DNA of 64,000 nucleotides, taken from the NCBI GenBank assembly GCA_000934665.2, contig KZ538261.1, positions 1 to 64,000 of the forward strand, in the 5' to 3' direction. Below, piece by piece: positions 23,558 to 36,370 of the stretch (its first letter is position 1; each line of letters begins with the position of its first letter). The notes below the pieces were generated by a model. It did not search any database. It worked only from the letters and a program-made list of their open reading frames with translations, and was not told the DNA's origin. This stretch comes from Catajapyx aquilonaris (Eukaryota). The position numbers and the translations under genes are program-made.

Positions 23558-25994
23558 ATGAACAGTATTCGTGAAAGTGATAATCCTTACATGACATGGA
23601 GTAAGAACAACATAAACAACAAGACCACGTATTCGTGGAGAAGAGATCTTGAATGGTCAGGCACCAATCATAATGTGACGTACCAGAAGCAGAAACCCAG
23701 TGAACGAAGATTTACCGCTGAATTTGTCATCATGTGCGCCAAGGATTATTGCGACAATACATCACTGCACGGATTCAAGTACATCACCGAAAATGACAAC
23801 TTCAAAATTGAGAGGTAATGGTTCATCTAATATCATAAACTACTGTACATCACATTAACTTACTCTTGATTGCAGAATACTCTGGATATTATTCTGCATA
23901 TGTGCCACAATAGGAACATGCCTGTATCTGCAGCCAATATTTTCCAAATATCTGGACACCCCAATAGCAACCAGCATTGATTCAGTGGGGGAACCAATAT
24001 GGAAAGTGCCGTTTCCAGGAGTAACCATATGTAATGTGAACAAAGCCATGAAGTCACTTGTTGAGCGTATTCATAATACAAAGAGGTATTTCCAAGGTCC
24101 TCAAGCAATTATACATTGGAATAACTATTTACTCGTTGCTATTTTGCAGGTGGAATAAATATTCTCCAGCTATTTTGCGTAATCTCATCAAACATTTGGC
24201 TAAAATTGGTCACGTCCAGGCAAATCGCGCGTCATTAGACGTGCCTCTGAAGGAATTCGAGGCAGTGATTGAAGAAGAATCTAAAGTCAGAGGCCTGAGT
24301 CAACTGATGAAAGATGTAAGGAGAACAGAAGCAGTCAATCATCATCATAGAAACTTCTATAATTATCTGAATTTGAATGCGCTGTATTATTTTGTGTATG
24401 TTGATCTCTTGTAAGAACGGCGCAGGCAACTGTGATTATACCGGATGATCTTTTGTGTTATAGGTAATCCAACCCATACATCGCATGGCTCTAAAGTGTT
24501 GGTGGATTAGTCAGCAGGTGAACTGCTCAGAAATATTTGAAATAAAACACACTGACGCAGGGTTTTGCTGGGGATTCAACTCTGTCTCCTTGAAACTAGT
24601 TAATGACAGGTGAGGGATATGCTCGCCAGTAACTAACAATTACTGAGGGTATGCAAAATCTGAATATGTGAAATATTTTTAGTGAACAAGACGACTTTAA
24701 ACCTATAAGAGTAAGCGGAGCTGGGCCAAATATTGGGCTTACAATGCTGTTGAATCCGGAGGTGGAGGACTATTTCTCCTTTTCAAACAACATAAAAGGA
24801 TTCAAGGTAACATAAATTTTGTCAGCATTTACAGCTTAGGCACTACGCTTTCGTTGCATTTGGTTCAAATTTGAAAATAATTTTTAAAACACAATATATT
24901 TCACATAGGTGAGGATTCATCACCCGATGAATTTCCCCAACATTGCAACCAAGTCCTTCTTACTAGAGGCAGGAAAAGAGGTGTATGTGCCAGTAACTCC
25001 ACGAACCGTCCAGAGCACGACAGACATCCGAGACACACCGACGTCCAATCGTCGCTGTCGGTTCGAGGACGAGATAGAATTGGATCACTTTCCGTCATAC
25101 AGTTACGAGAACTGTCGTTTGGAATGTGTCGTGCATTCCATGATCGACACGTGTGGATGTGTTCCTTACATGTACTCGAATTTGGGTAAGTCATTTCTCT
25201 TGATGCTCCACAACTTACCGTACAATAAATATGAACTGCGCGCCAATGCATCATTTCATTGCAGAGAACCACCAACATTGCAATTATACGGGGATTCAGT
25301 GCATCAACAATCACACAAGTGAGTATAATTAATTACTGCATGTACCGGTATTAATTCAGTACGTCCTCCAAACAACTAATATGTACGGCTTTGTTCCCAA
25401 TGCAGCCAAATTTTTAACAGTGGCTCCTGATTCTGATGTGGATGGATTGGACAAGATGAAATCTATGGAAAAATGTCATTGCCCTCCGAGTTGCACGGCA
25501 GTGATCTACAATGACCAAATGAGTCAGGCCTCGTTTCCGGAATTTCCTGAACAACTCACAGTGATTGACGACAATATCAATAAGTACGTAACTGATAGTT
25601 ACTGGAGAAAATATGTACATGAAACATTAATTTACAGTAAATGCAATTACTGATGTTTTCTGCCATTTCAGACGTAATCTAGTTTATCTTCGAGTTTTCT
25701 TCAAATCGGAAACGTTTGTTCAGTACCAGCGTGATGTGATGTATACTGCCAACGACTTCATCGGTAAGAATATATCGCACTATACGAACAACAAAAATGT
25801 TACAGTATTCTGACGATTGAACATTTCCAGCATCCTTTGGTGGAATTGTTGGCCTGTTCATCGGATTCAGTTTTGTCAGCTTTGCAGAGCTGATTTACTT
25901 CTTCACCATTCGACCATTTCTTCGATGGAAGCGACGCTCTCAGGAGATAACCGACGTCACGCCTGTACAAATTATGTATCCAATAATGCCATAA
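23558..25994 (+). CDS. DEG/ENaC (pickpocket-like) sodium channel subunit, copy 5; 10 coding exons, 555 aa
   Basis: Exons 23558-23814, 23876-24085, 24150-24315, 24464-24609, 24683-24806, 24909-25185, 25265-25318, 25406-25583, 25672-25763, 25831-25994; 1668 nt in frame, all GT-AG. Motifs YCDNTSLHG, FPGVTICNVN, ASFGGIVGLFIGFS. Confidence 0.92.
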
Positions 25995-26600
25995 GTATTG
26001 AATAAGCGCAGGCATCCTCCGAGGACTAGTACAGTAGATATTTGCTTAATTACTACTATACAAGTACCGAGTAGTAAGCACAAACCTGGCCCAAGTGTGG
26101 CAGGAATCAGAGCCGAATATTGAACAAAAGGTGTGTGTCACGGGCCTGCTCCAAAATGTTATGCATGGAAGGAGACGGATACCTGGCACCAAGCCCGTTT
26201 AAACTGAAACACACAGCAGCTAACCACCACCCTCTCTCTCCAAGCAAACAGGCGCCTCTGACTCGCCAACAAGCCGGCAAAAGGGTCTTCTTTTGTCTCC
26301 CAATACACTGTGGGCGCTCTGTCAGAACCCGCTCAGTCGCACCTGTTCCTTGCACCTCCTCAATCTTGGAACTGAGGCTTTAGAGGGCTTCAAGACACCC
26401 ACCCCCTTTTCTTCCCACCAGGCTCAAACACGCCGACTAAAAGGTAGCTCCCAGTTCGGCTTACCTGCGTTCGAAGTGTTGATCCTAACTCAACATCCCG
26501 CCCGGAAGTTCCGCAGGCGACATCACCATGTTATACGCATTAATATTTTTTAAAAAGTCAGGCACAGTCACGCCTACTGTTACTATATACTGTTACTATA

Positions 26601-26693
26601 AACCTGACAAGTTGGACACCTTAATAAGTTGGACACCTCTCTATGTTGGACATGATTTAAATCGAACCATCAGTGTCCAACATTAGACAGGTT
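26601..26693. mobile_element. Miniature inverted-repeat element remnant
   Basis: aacctgacaagttggacac ... gtgtccaacattagacaggtt inverted ends, with three direct gttggaca motifs in the left part. Confidence 0.5.
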
Positions 26694-29600
26694 AGGTTAT
26701 ATTATAATTACCTAACCTTTTGTCTCAAGCAGCTCTCTCAAGGTTAGTTTAGGTTACCTACCCTAACCTGATCTAACCTATGACCATGAGAACCTGTTAT
26801 TTGAACTAATCCGTAGCCTGTTAATTTCTTTTCGCTGCGTGTTGTAATAATATGTCGCAATAAAACGAGATTCGGCCATTGGGTTTTGATAAGGGCCAGC
26901 TGAGAGTAAAGTTTGGGTGGAACACTTCCTGGAGCGCTGATAACCCTCGGTTGGAGCTCCTCTCTCTCTGTGTTAATGGCAAGGATGGGGGCCAACTGAG
27001 AGGCGAGTGAGGATTTTGGGCAAGGTCGCAAGAAACTCGCAAAGCTCCCCTGCCTCGTTCGGATGCCCATATTTTGGTCATAACTATCGAATTCAGTCGG
27101 CTGATGGCGTTTTCCTCTGCCTCAGCCCCAGCCAATGATTAGCTTCTGCCAGCCTCTAGCTCCCTGGTTTACAGAGGGGAGGGGGGGGGATGTGGAGGAG
27201 GAAGATCCCCAAATTTTGGGTCCCCTGGAAATGGGATGGGATTCTTGGAGACATCACTGCTAAATACAAGGTGCTCCGGAAGCTGCGTACCTGTGTTTAG
27301 TGCCGACATTTTAGACATAAAGGGTGTACACGTACTATAGTTCGAGCAAGATGAACCTAAGAAAGGGTAATACAGTACAATTTGCAAGACGTATACATCT
27401 ACATATTCATATGAGACTAATTGAGCACTATTGCGTGACTTACACTAACATATTCTTCCTCCTGTCCAGACTTGAGCTCTTAGAAGGCGGTGCTTGCATA
27501 ATGCGTGACTGATTACAGTACGGTGCACCAATTTATTACCGACACCTTCGCGCGTGCAGATGCAATTACGGGTTACCTTAAACTGCATCAGAGCCGGTTC
27601 ACTGTACGACTATGCAATTAGAACGATTACAGTGAAAATTCCAGACACAAAGGAACTATCGGAACTGTACAAGAGCAGAAAGTGGCTGGAAAGTACCGCA
27701 CTGTTCCTTTAAGATTTCCTTGGTGTTAATTAAAGAGCTGTTACTAGCAGAGCTGAACATTTACACTGAGAAAATGGCAGTGTCTTATCACAAATGCTTA
27801 ATATTTAAACGACTTGCGAAGAAATAGCTATAGGGGAATCTGAGTCTTCCTTCCTATAAACACGTGTTTTATTTCTACTTCCACAATATTTAGTCACAAC
27901 AATAATATTGTTATGTAATATTGTAATGCACAAAAATAAACGTAGGCCTGTAATATTTATTAAAAGGGGGCAAGAAATAATCTTGGTACCAGGTCTCCTT
28001 TCATTACACGATATGCCCACTGAGCGGAACTGAGGGAAACCAATGTGGCCCGCTCCTCAATTACAAAACCAGTCAAGTTCCGCACCTCACAATGAACCCG
28101 GATCCTGATTCTACACAACAACAACCCCAAGTTTGTGTGCAGCAAAAGGTGAAGCCCAGGATACGGATCGTGCTGCTGCTATTCAAACACTAGGTACGCA
28201 GCACTTCCGGGGAATTGAATCATATCAGCCTATGATATAACATGATGTCTGGCAGGATTAAGCTCTTCATAAATCTCCCGCCATTTTCCCATATTTGCCA
28301 CACAAAAAAACAGGATCCGGACTTAACTTTCCTTTAACCACATATATTCTGCTCCCTTTTAGAGACTTACACAAAACAGACGCCCTATAAAAGTCTGATC
28401 CCATTTCGGGTTTGAAAAGAATCCAACGTTCAAAGGTAGGAGTGTCTCCAGGCTGCGGGAGGAGGCAATAAAATATTCATACCCGCATTTCTTTCTCTAA
28501 GGCTCCCCCTCCCCCTTTTTGCCATTTTTTCCTCCTCCATTAATATTATCTCTCCACCACGGCTTTTCATGCTCCACCTCTCTTATCTCACCCGTACATG
28601 GAGGTAACTCCACAAGTTAAAAACCCACGCTTTTACAAATGTACTCGTTTCAAAACCTAGATTTTTTTTAAAAAAAATGTCAATTCTTGGGAGGTTCACC
28701 ATCCTACCTTTTGGCTGTGTGTATACCTCCATATAAAACTTGTGTGTTCTGAGGTATAAAGCAAAAGGGAGGACTTTCCCCATTGATTCTCGCTAATTAT
28801 ACAGGCCCAGCTCTTTTGTGCTCTGTGAGCAGCCCCTATATATGCCTTACCGATCTTCCTCCAAGTCCACACTTCAAAAGGGGGGGAAAAGCATTTTCTC
28901 TCCCAGTTGCAGTAGTTTAGTTCCCATGATATTTCTTTTCAGCTCCTTGCAGATTGTTTTCTTTCCACCATTTATTTGAATTCAACTTCATAAATCGACA
29001 GAGAGAAGAAAAAAAAAACGTACGTGTGTGTTCATTATCTGAAGGCTGGACTAGTCTACTAGAGAATGCGAGGGAAAGATATAGAGCACACAGTATTGGA
29101 AAGGCGGGGGTAGTTTTATGAGGAAATTCCAAATTCGTCGGATAATAAAATGTGTACTCCGCAGATTAGCGTTGTGCGTCTCTGGCTCTTCGGGATTTTC
29201 GAACGTCACGTTTCTAATTAAACGCAGCGGATTACATGCAAGGAAATTAAAACTGGTAGCTATTTTTAAAGCTCCGGGGATATCGATTGCGAATATTTTT
29301 TTTCAGAATAATTCGCAACGTTCGTATACTACAAGATTAGCTGTAGTATCCACTTGTTGGACGACGCATTATTTTGTAACCATTTTTTAACGTAAATATG
29401 TTGCAGAGTTGGGAACATTTGAATTTAGTTATTACTGATGCAACTGTTTCAGAATAGCAGTCAGCAGCATGTATATTTAGGTTACTACAATTTTCAGGTA
29501 AGGAATACAAAAAGCAAGGTCAGATTACACCGATTTCATGACTTCCAGCAATTATAGGCCTGCTGGCATCAAAATTTTATGCACATTTATGAAGTACCCT

Positions 29601-32600
29601 GTCACATGTAACGCATGCTATTATTATTTTATTCACCTGACTTCATTTCCGTCACGTGAAGGCAACAAACCCCGGTCCTTTTTTTTTCTTTGATTCCCCA
29701 GGAAACTCATGAAAGATCCCTTAATTGCGGCCACGAGGAAGACAATTGAATTCCATCGGGCGTTATTCAAGTAATTTCTACGTAATTTAATCAGGTGGCT
29801 TGGGGATTCCAAGGAGTGAATCCAGATTCAAGCCTCGGGTGCATCTGATTTTCCGCCACATGAACTCCACAAGTTATATTCGGTCACATCCCCAAAATTT
29901 GTCCCAGTTTGGAACACTTTTTTTTTTAGAACTCAAAGGATTGCGGTTCCAAATTGCGGTAACGAGAACCATTCTCGAGCTCTGCCAGGTTTCCGTTTAG
30001 GAAGGAAATCATTGGCGCAAACGTGTACACAGCCGGGCCATTCAAGAAGTAAGTAATGAAATTTCCTACGCTGTCTGCAGGCCTTCACTTGACTTACTTG
30101 GAGAAGACTTTTGGAAGGCTTCCCACTGCAAACCGCAACTTCTGCGAATTACTTTCCAAAAAACCGGACCTGCATTTTTTTAGCAAAATAGCCCTTGCAG
30201 ATCTTAACTTTCAAAAAGCTGAAAATGTCCCCAGTAAATGCTGCTGGATACATAATTACTCCACATTAAAATATATAATTGTCAATTTAGGACAGGTTAG
30301 GTTAATATTAACCATTCTACAAACCATTTAAGCTATCATTTTTATCCATTGCAGGTGTCCATTACTGCACAAAAGGTGCTAGCAACTTATGCAAATTTTG
30401 ATTCGATTACTTACACCCTGTGGGTAGAAGCATGGTCTGCAAAAATGTAATAAGCGTGCCTCACATCTTCAACTATCACTTTGCAGTTTGCACCCATAAG
30501 AAAGTGCGAACCGCACTGTAACGAACCGCTTGACATCCTTTGTGCCTCTTCACCATTAATGAACTGCGAATTTTTGCAGACGAGAAAAGGTAAAAGAGGG
30601 TGGGTGCGAAAGGATGCACCCAGTTCAATTACCCGTCTGGTTCTCATTGCAAGGTAAACGCTATTGATTAAGAATGGGGGGGATGGGTGCTGGGAGGGCA
30701 TCAGGAGAGAGGCAATTAGGCCAGGTTCTTTGTAGGAAAATCGCTCCAAAGAGCTCTTCTTCCTACTCCCTCCAGCCTGCGTGTCTGGGAAACCAAAGGT
30801 TCTTTGAAGTGAAAGCACTCTCAGCTTTCAGAGGCTAACACGATTAACCCTTTTCGTATTGAAGGAAAAGGAGGCCCCCCACGATGGAACGCCTTTTCTT
30901 GCGGGGCACAAACAGCAAAAGTATGTGGCGAACCAGGAGCGCCAAGTGGGTCTTGCAACCAGAGTAAATCACAAATTGCGTGCCATAATGGGTCTGGCTC
31001 CTGTGAATTGCGAATATAGGGGGCTTGTGTATGAGAGAAAGGAGCGGCCATTTTCACCAGCAAAGGTTGATTGCAAGTCCCAGTCGCCACAAGGGTCGTG
31101 CATGTTTACGACCAGGCGTCCCCCAAGCAGGCGTTTGAGGTCCGATCCGAATTCGCCAGGAAATCAAACCGTGTTGCTGAGACCGACTTTACGAGAAGAA
31201 AGTGGCCCAGATATTGGCTACGGGGTGGTGATGCTAAAGTGAGCGAAAAGTTTTTGTCCACGGATCAATATAACGATGCTGACACTAATGAAAGACGCTT
31301 TATTGAGCCAAGGAAAGTCAGAAAAATTCAGTCAATTTTTGGTAATTTTGGCTTGTATCGCATTATAGCGGAAACAATGTCCGAAAAAATATCTGTGGTC
31401 ATCGAATCAGGATATAAATACAAAATCAGGTTAACTTACAGCAAATAATGGATAAACATTTCTGATAAATCATATGATTGTAATGGCTATTTGAAAATAA
31501 GCTGGATCGTGCTGTAATATGCGTATATTATGAGACTTGCACTGATTAGTTTCCAAAAAAATGTCTGAAAAATTCTGTGCATCATATTTCACTCATCGCT
31601 ACGATAGGAATAACTCCATACATTCCTCCCTGCTGCGTTTTTACTGTCAATATATCAGGTCCTAAATGGCATGCAAAATTACCATCTTCCCTAATTTGAC
31701 TGCGAGCTCGAGATGAAGGCATGCATATGGCGAGAAAATACGTAAAAAAAAAAAAGCTTGCGAGCTGGAGGGTGGAAAAGGTCCACCTAAAAGAGCGCGG
31801 ATTTTTTTTTTTTTACATTTTATGCAAGGCAATTTATCTTCATTAATGAAACTCGTGTATCCCATCCAGGATGTTGGCACTCTTCCCTGCTCAGATTAGA
31901 GTTTTATGCCGCGGTACAAATTCCTGCTCTCTCCGACCGGAATTAAATTTTCTTAGCCAATTACATCGCACTGTATAGAACACGCAATAACTTCATGCCT
32001 CCGGGTTAGCGACAGCAACTCGTCACTTCCGGGGGTCAATTATACGCGAAACTGACAATTGTTTTAAACGTCCAGGGCTCACATAAAAGCTACAATTGGC
32101 AACAATTAAGGGCTCGTAATTCCGCAGGGTCTTTTTTTTGTTCAAGCGACTGACTTATTAACATTCGCAATTCTGGGGGGTTGAGGATTTCAAAGAGCGG
32201 AAATTCTCATCTGAACCGTTTCCAGCTTGCACGTGTATCCTACAGCATGGAACCTACCATTTCATTTTAATCCTTGAAGTGCGTATAGGGCCACAGACGG
32301 CTATGACATTCAACTGTTCCCGACTCTCTTGTTTCGACCTAATGGAATCTGAGATGAAAGCCCTTTTGCGCCATATCCCCACCCCTCCCAGAGGGGGTTC
32401 AGTATCAGATGTGGATGACAAAAAATAGAGCTGGAGGAAAAAAAAATCCTGTAATTGCTTTCGCTCCAACTACATTTGATCCAGGACCGATAATCATAAT
32501 AGAGATCATTAGGGGCAGCGATGCCGCCATGTATTTTGAATGCAGCATCAAACTCACACTGCATGTGATAATCACGTTTGAAAAGTAATACATTACAGCA

Positions 32601-33991
32601 GGACTCGTTTTTGAGTTCAAAAAAAAAATCGGATTTGATTCCGATGTCATTATCAGGGCGGGTCCGAGTTGGAACTCTGGGACTGAAAATATTCGCACGT
32701 CTGCAAAACAGCGGAAGGTAATTGGCTAGATGACGCGAAAGATTCCGCGAACTAATTTCCGATGATAACGCCAATTCGTGCTGCGTTTCCAGATGCAAGC
32801 AGATTGCGCTACAAATTACTGCAACCGCGACTATTAACCGGCAATATTGCAGTCGCCGAGGCCGGACTTTGCAGAAAAGGGCATCGAGGTATATAGTCTG
32901 CTGTTGGAAAAAATCCATTTTCGCGACACTACTCGCGCCAAATTCACATCACATCAACTAAAATTTTCTGGTGCATATTCTGGACAAGTTATTGTGTATA
33001 GAATATTTGTAATTATTACAGAATACAACAATACATGCCACATACCTATACTATTTTTATTATAATTTGAAAAAAAATCATGTGTCGCAATTGCTCATAT
33101 TGCAAAAAAAAACTAGTTTTCCGCAGACTCTATCAAATTAATGTAATCACAACGTGTACTTGAGATTATAAATACGTGCTGACTCGAGTCAGGATACTTT
33201 CTCATCATGACATGTAACTTAGCATTTTCCTTTGGCCGCCATCCATTCAGGTTTACTTCAGGGAATCCGGAGGAGTGTACGAAAAAAAAAAACATGAAAG
33301 AACTTTTCCCCGTCATGGCAAGGTGAATGAGCTTTCTCCGACTCTAATTTTTCTGCGCTAATGCGACTAATTCCACTCCCTGACATTAATAGGACTAATT
33401 TAATCCAGATTAATTCAGATGCGGATGATGATGGGAGCTTTGTGAAACTCTGGAACCACATGGCTCACATCCGCAGTCAAAATGACAATTTTTTTTGCGT
33501 CTCATTTATATTTTTCACCGGTGAGTACACACACACGATTGGACAAATAATGCAAAAGTGTATTGCGACTGGATATGCACAGTGAGCAAACACATTTTTT
33601 TGCAGTCTAATTTGCACTATACTTGATCAAAAGACTATACCCGTCTGGGAATTGCGACACTGACCAAACAAATAGCCACAATATTGCCCTGCCGGATATT
33701 AGTATTCTCATTTTTTTAAAATTCGAAACGGAGAGGTCGAGCGCTCAGAAAACCAAACACAGTAGTCAGATGGTTTGAATTTCAGTTCCCGACGGATCCC
33801 AGCGAATTCTCATTAATAACACACGAAACGCTATTGGAAACCCATGCCACACATGCCCTCTTTTTATTTTCCTCTGAAAACTGATCCGCAGAATAAATGG
33901 CACTGAGGGGCCCATCCTTTCAACCGGCCAAAAATCTCCGGATGAGATTTCGTATATATGTGTGATTCCTTTTTTTTTTGGGGGGGGGGGG

Positions 33992-34002
33992 NNNNNNNNN
34001 NN
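33992..34002. other. Assembly gap inside a poly-G run
   Basis: N run. Confidence 0.99.
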
Positions 34003-35928
34003 GGGGGGGGGGGGTGAAAACTGTGATGCCGCCACCTTCTTCTCCTTTCCTTGTCCATAGGAACGAGTTATAAATATCAATAAATTTCTCCTTTCCCCAT
34101 GCCGGAAATATATCAAAGTGGAAGCAATCTTTCACCCCTTGGCCAACTTAGCTTTTTTTTTTCTTCTTCCTTTTTTATTTTTTTCTTCCTGACTGAACCC
34201 TGTGACGGCAAGTTATTACGTGATTTCCCGCAGGACTCGGCCTCTCTGGACGAGACTTGCATGCACCCCTTACGGTCAGGACCAATTCCTTCCCTCCAAA
34301 CCCCTTTTGATTTACTGCGAAGCTGATACAGATACCGACCACTCGGTGAACGCCAAACTTCATTTCGGACAAGTCAAACACATATTCACGAACGCAGCAA
34401 ATATGTCCGGGACGAAAAAAAGAGCGAAAGTTGGGACGCCATTTTTTAAATAGCAGTGAGTGCTACTAGCCGTAGCAGTTATTACGTAGAAGTATTAGTA
34501 ATAGCAACAATCCAGCAAAGAAGTTTACAAGAGATGCTCTATTTGCTATAGCACCGAACTTACTTTATCCGCGACAAGACGTTTAGAAGTAAGTTCCTAA
34601 ACTTTTCCCCTACCACCCCCCTTTTTCCATGTGTCCCATGGGAATGTTACGTATGCACGTCACACGCGCCTATTTCCAACTCTGATTTAGCTCCGCAGTC
34701 GTCCTGACATTTCGAATTCAGCGTGTGTACCACTGTTTGGTGTCTATGACAAAAGGAGTTCCCTCAATAGAGTCGGCTGTAGTTGGAAAGTTGCAACCAT
34801 CGAACTACGTATATATAGGAAAAAGGGGTTGGAAATATTTCTTCCGGCTTAACTCATAAATCGCAATTTTAGCTAAGCTCCCCCCCTAATAGGATTGAGC
34901 TAACATCGAATTAGCGGCTCTCGTGTAAAGAAAACGAGGGTTCTGATTTCCTTATAAGCTTCCCTTCAAAATTACAGGAAGCTTCCTATAATAGAAGATG
35001 ATCAGACTCGATAGACGTCACGTCCATGTAAGCATCCATCCGATTGATGGGCATTTTTTTTAAAAAAAGTCGAAGGCAAAGTTAGGTAGAAAAAAAGAGG
35101 GCATATATCGAGCACAGATGTTGTTACTAGAAACCACCCAACCACCCACCAAAAACCTTTCAAGTATACACTTTGCACACTTGCCCCCATCGATCCTTGC
35201 TTATCATCGGCTTGCATGAGGAAGCTATGAATCTCCAATGTGGAAAAGGGAATTTCCAGCTGCGGGTGTGACTAGCTAATAATTCCGAGGGTTTCTGGCA
35301 CAAAAGTCTGCGAATATTCTCATAGTCGAAATTTTTTTTTTGGCCAAAAAAAAAAGGCGGAGAAGGATTTTTATCTCTAACACGCTCTTAGACTAGACGA
35401 AACTTGTGTAATGGCGCGGTTGAAGAAAATAATCCTTGATTGACCCTTTCCCAAGTTTTTATTCGGGTACTGGGCTTCCCAGTAGCTACATTAAGGGAAA
35501 GGAGAGGCTGGAAAATAAGAAGAAGAAGAAAAAAAAAACATATCTGCCAGGCGATAAGAGGCCTGACGAGCGGCATGAGATTCATCAACGTCGCAAAGTT
35601 GCTGCGGCAACGGCCTCTGGGTAAAAGGAAGTAAGGAGGAAGAAAAATCTTTAAGAAACGGAGGCTGAGTCGGCTTGGTTTTCATCACGCGTGCACGGTG
35701 CTCATTTGTTTCTTTAAGAATATTAAGATAAATCAGGAGAAGGGTTAGTTACGCGTATCATGCGAGAGAGTGCGGTTGGAATAATCTGATGTAATTGCTA
35801 GAAATGAGACCGCCTAAGGGAATGTCATTAGGATGCACTTACTTGTTAGACTAGACGCGCTCGAAACGCAATGATAATAATAATTATTATTATTATTATA
35901 AATAATTTAATTAATGACAATCTTTCCA

Positions 35929-36370
35929 CTAATAGGCTTATTCTCTCCGCCGGATGTTTGTCCAACCCGATAGTATAGCACGACCTGAGGGGGGCAGGAG
36001 TGTGCAGAGGCAGGTATGCGCCATCTATGAGTGACGAATAGTACTTGATGGTAAATCGTCGGGCCATCTCATTAAAGTTGCTTGATTGTCACTGCCATAC
36101 CGATCAACGTGTTCACTAGTAATTAATAATTAATATTATATGCAAATTTTCCTAATAGTCTTATTGTCTCCGCCGGATGTTTGTCCGACCTAATAGTATC
36201 GCGATCTCTCCCTCGACCTGAGGGTTGCAGGAGTGTGCAGAAGGAGTTTGCGCCATCTATGCGTGAAGAAGATAACTACGTGGTAAATCGATGCGCTGTT
36301 TTGATTGTCACTCTCCTACTGATTATAGATTTTACAAAATTTTGGGAACGTGTTCACAATTAATAATTAA
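35929..36370. repeat. Diverged two-copy tandem duplication, ~223-bp period
   Basis: ctaatag.cttatt.tctccgccggatgtttgtcc..cgacctgaggg..gcaggagtgtgcaga..tgcgccatctatg..aacgtgttcac starts at 35929 and again at 36152. Confidence 0.85.

Noticed and set aside
26136..26522. Possible solo LTR (TGTCAC...GCGACA) after copy 5
   Set aside because: Termini are imperfect, there is no target-site duplication, and no empty paralogous site is available for comparison.
26689..26782. TTAGG/CCTAA motifs resembling arthropod telomeric repeat
   Set aside because: Only scattered degenerate units in both orientations, more like a TE remnant than an interstitial telomere array.
32310..32918. Longest ORF in the window (202 aa, minus strand)
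   Set aside because: No recognisable domain and homopolymer-derived composition; consistent with a chance ORF.
33980..34015. Long poly-G/poly-C tracts as G-quadruplex elements (also ~40670-40887 and ~62498-62531)
   Set aside because: They abut N gaps, so their true length and sequence are unknown; probably sequencing dropouts.
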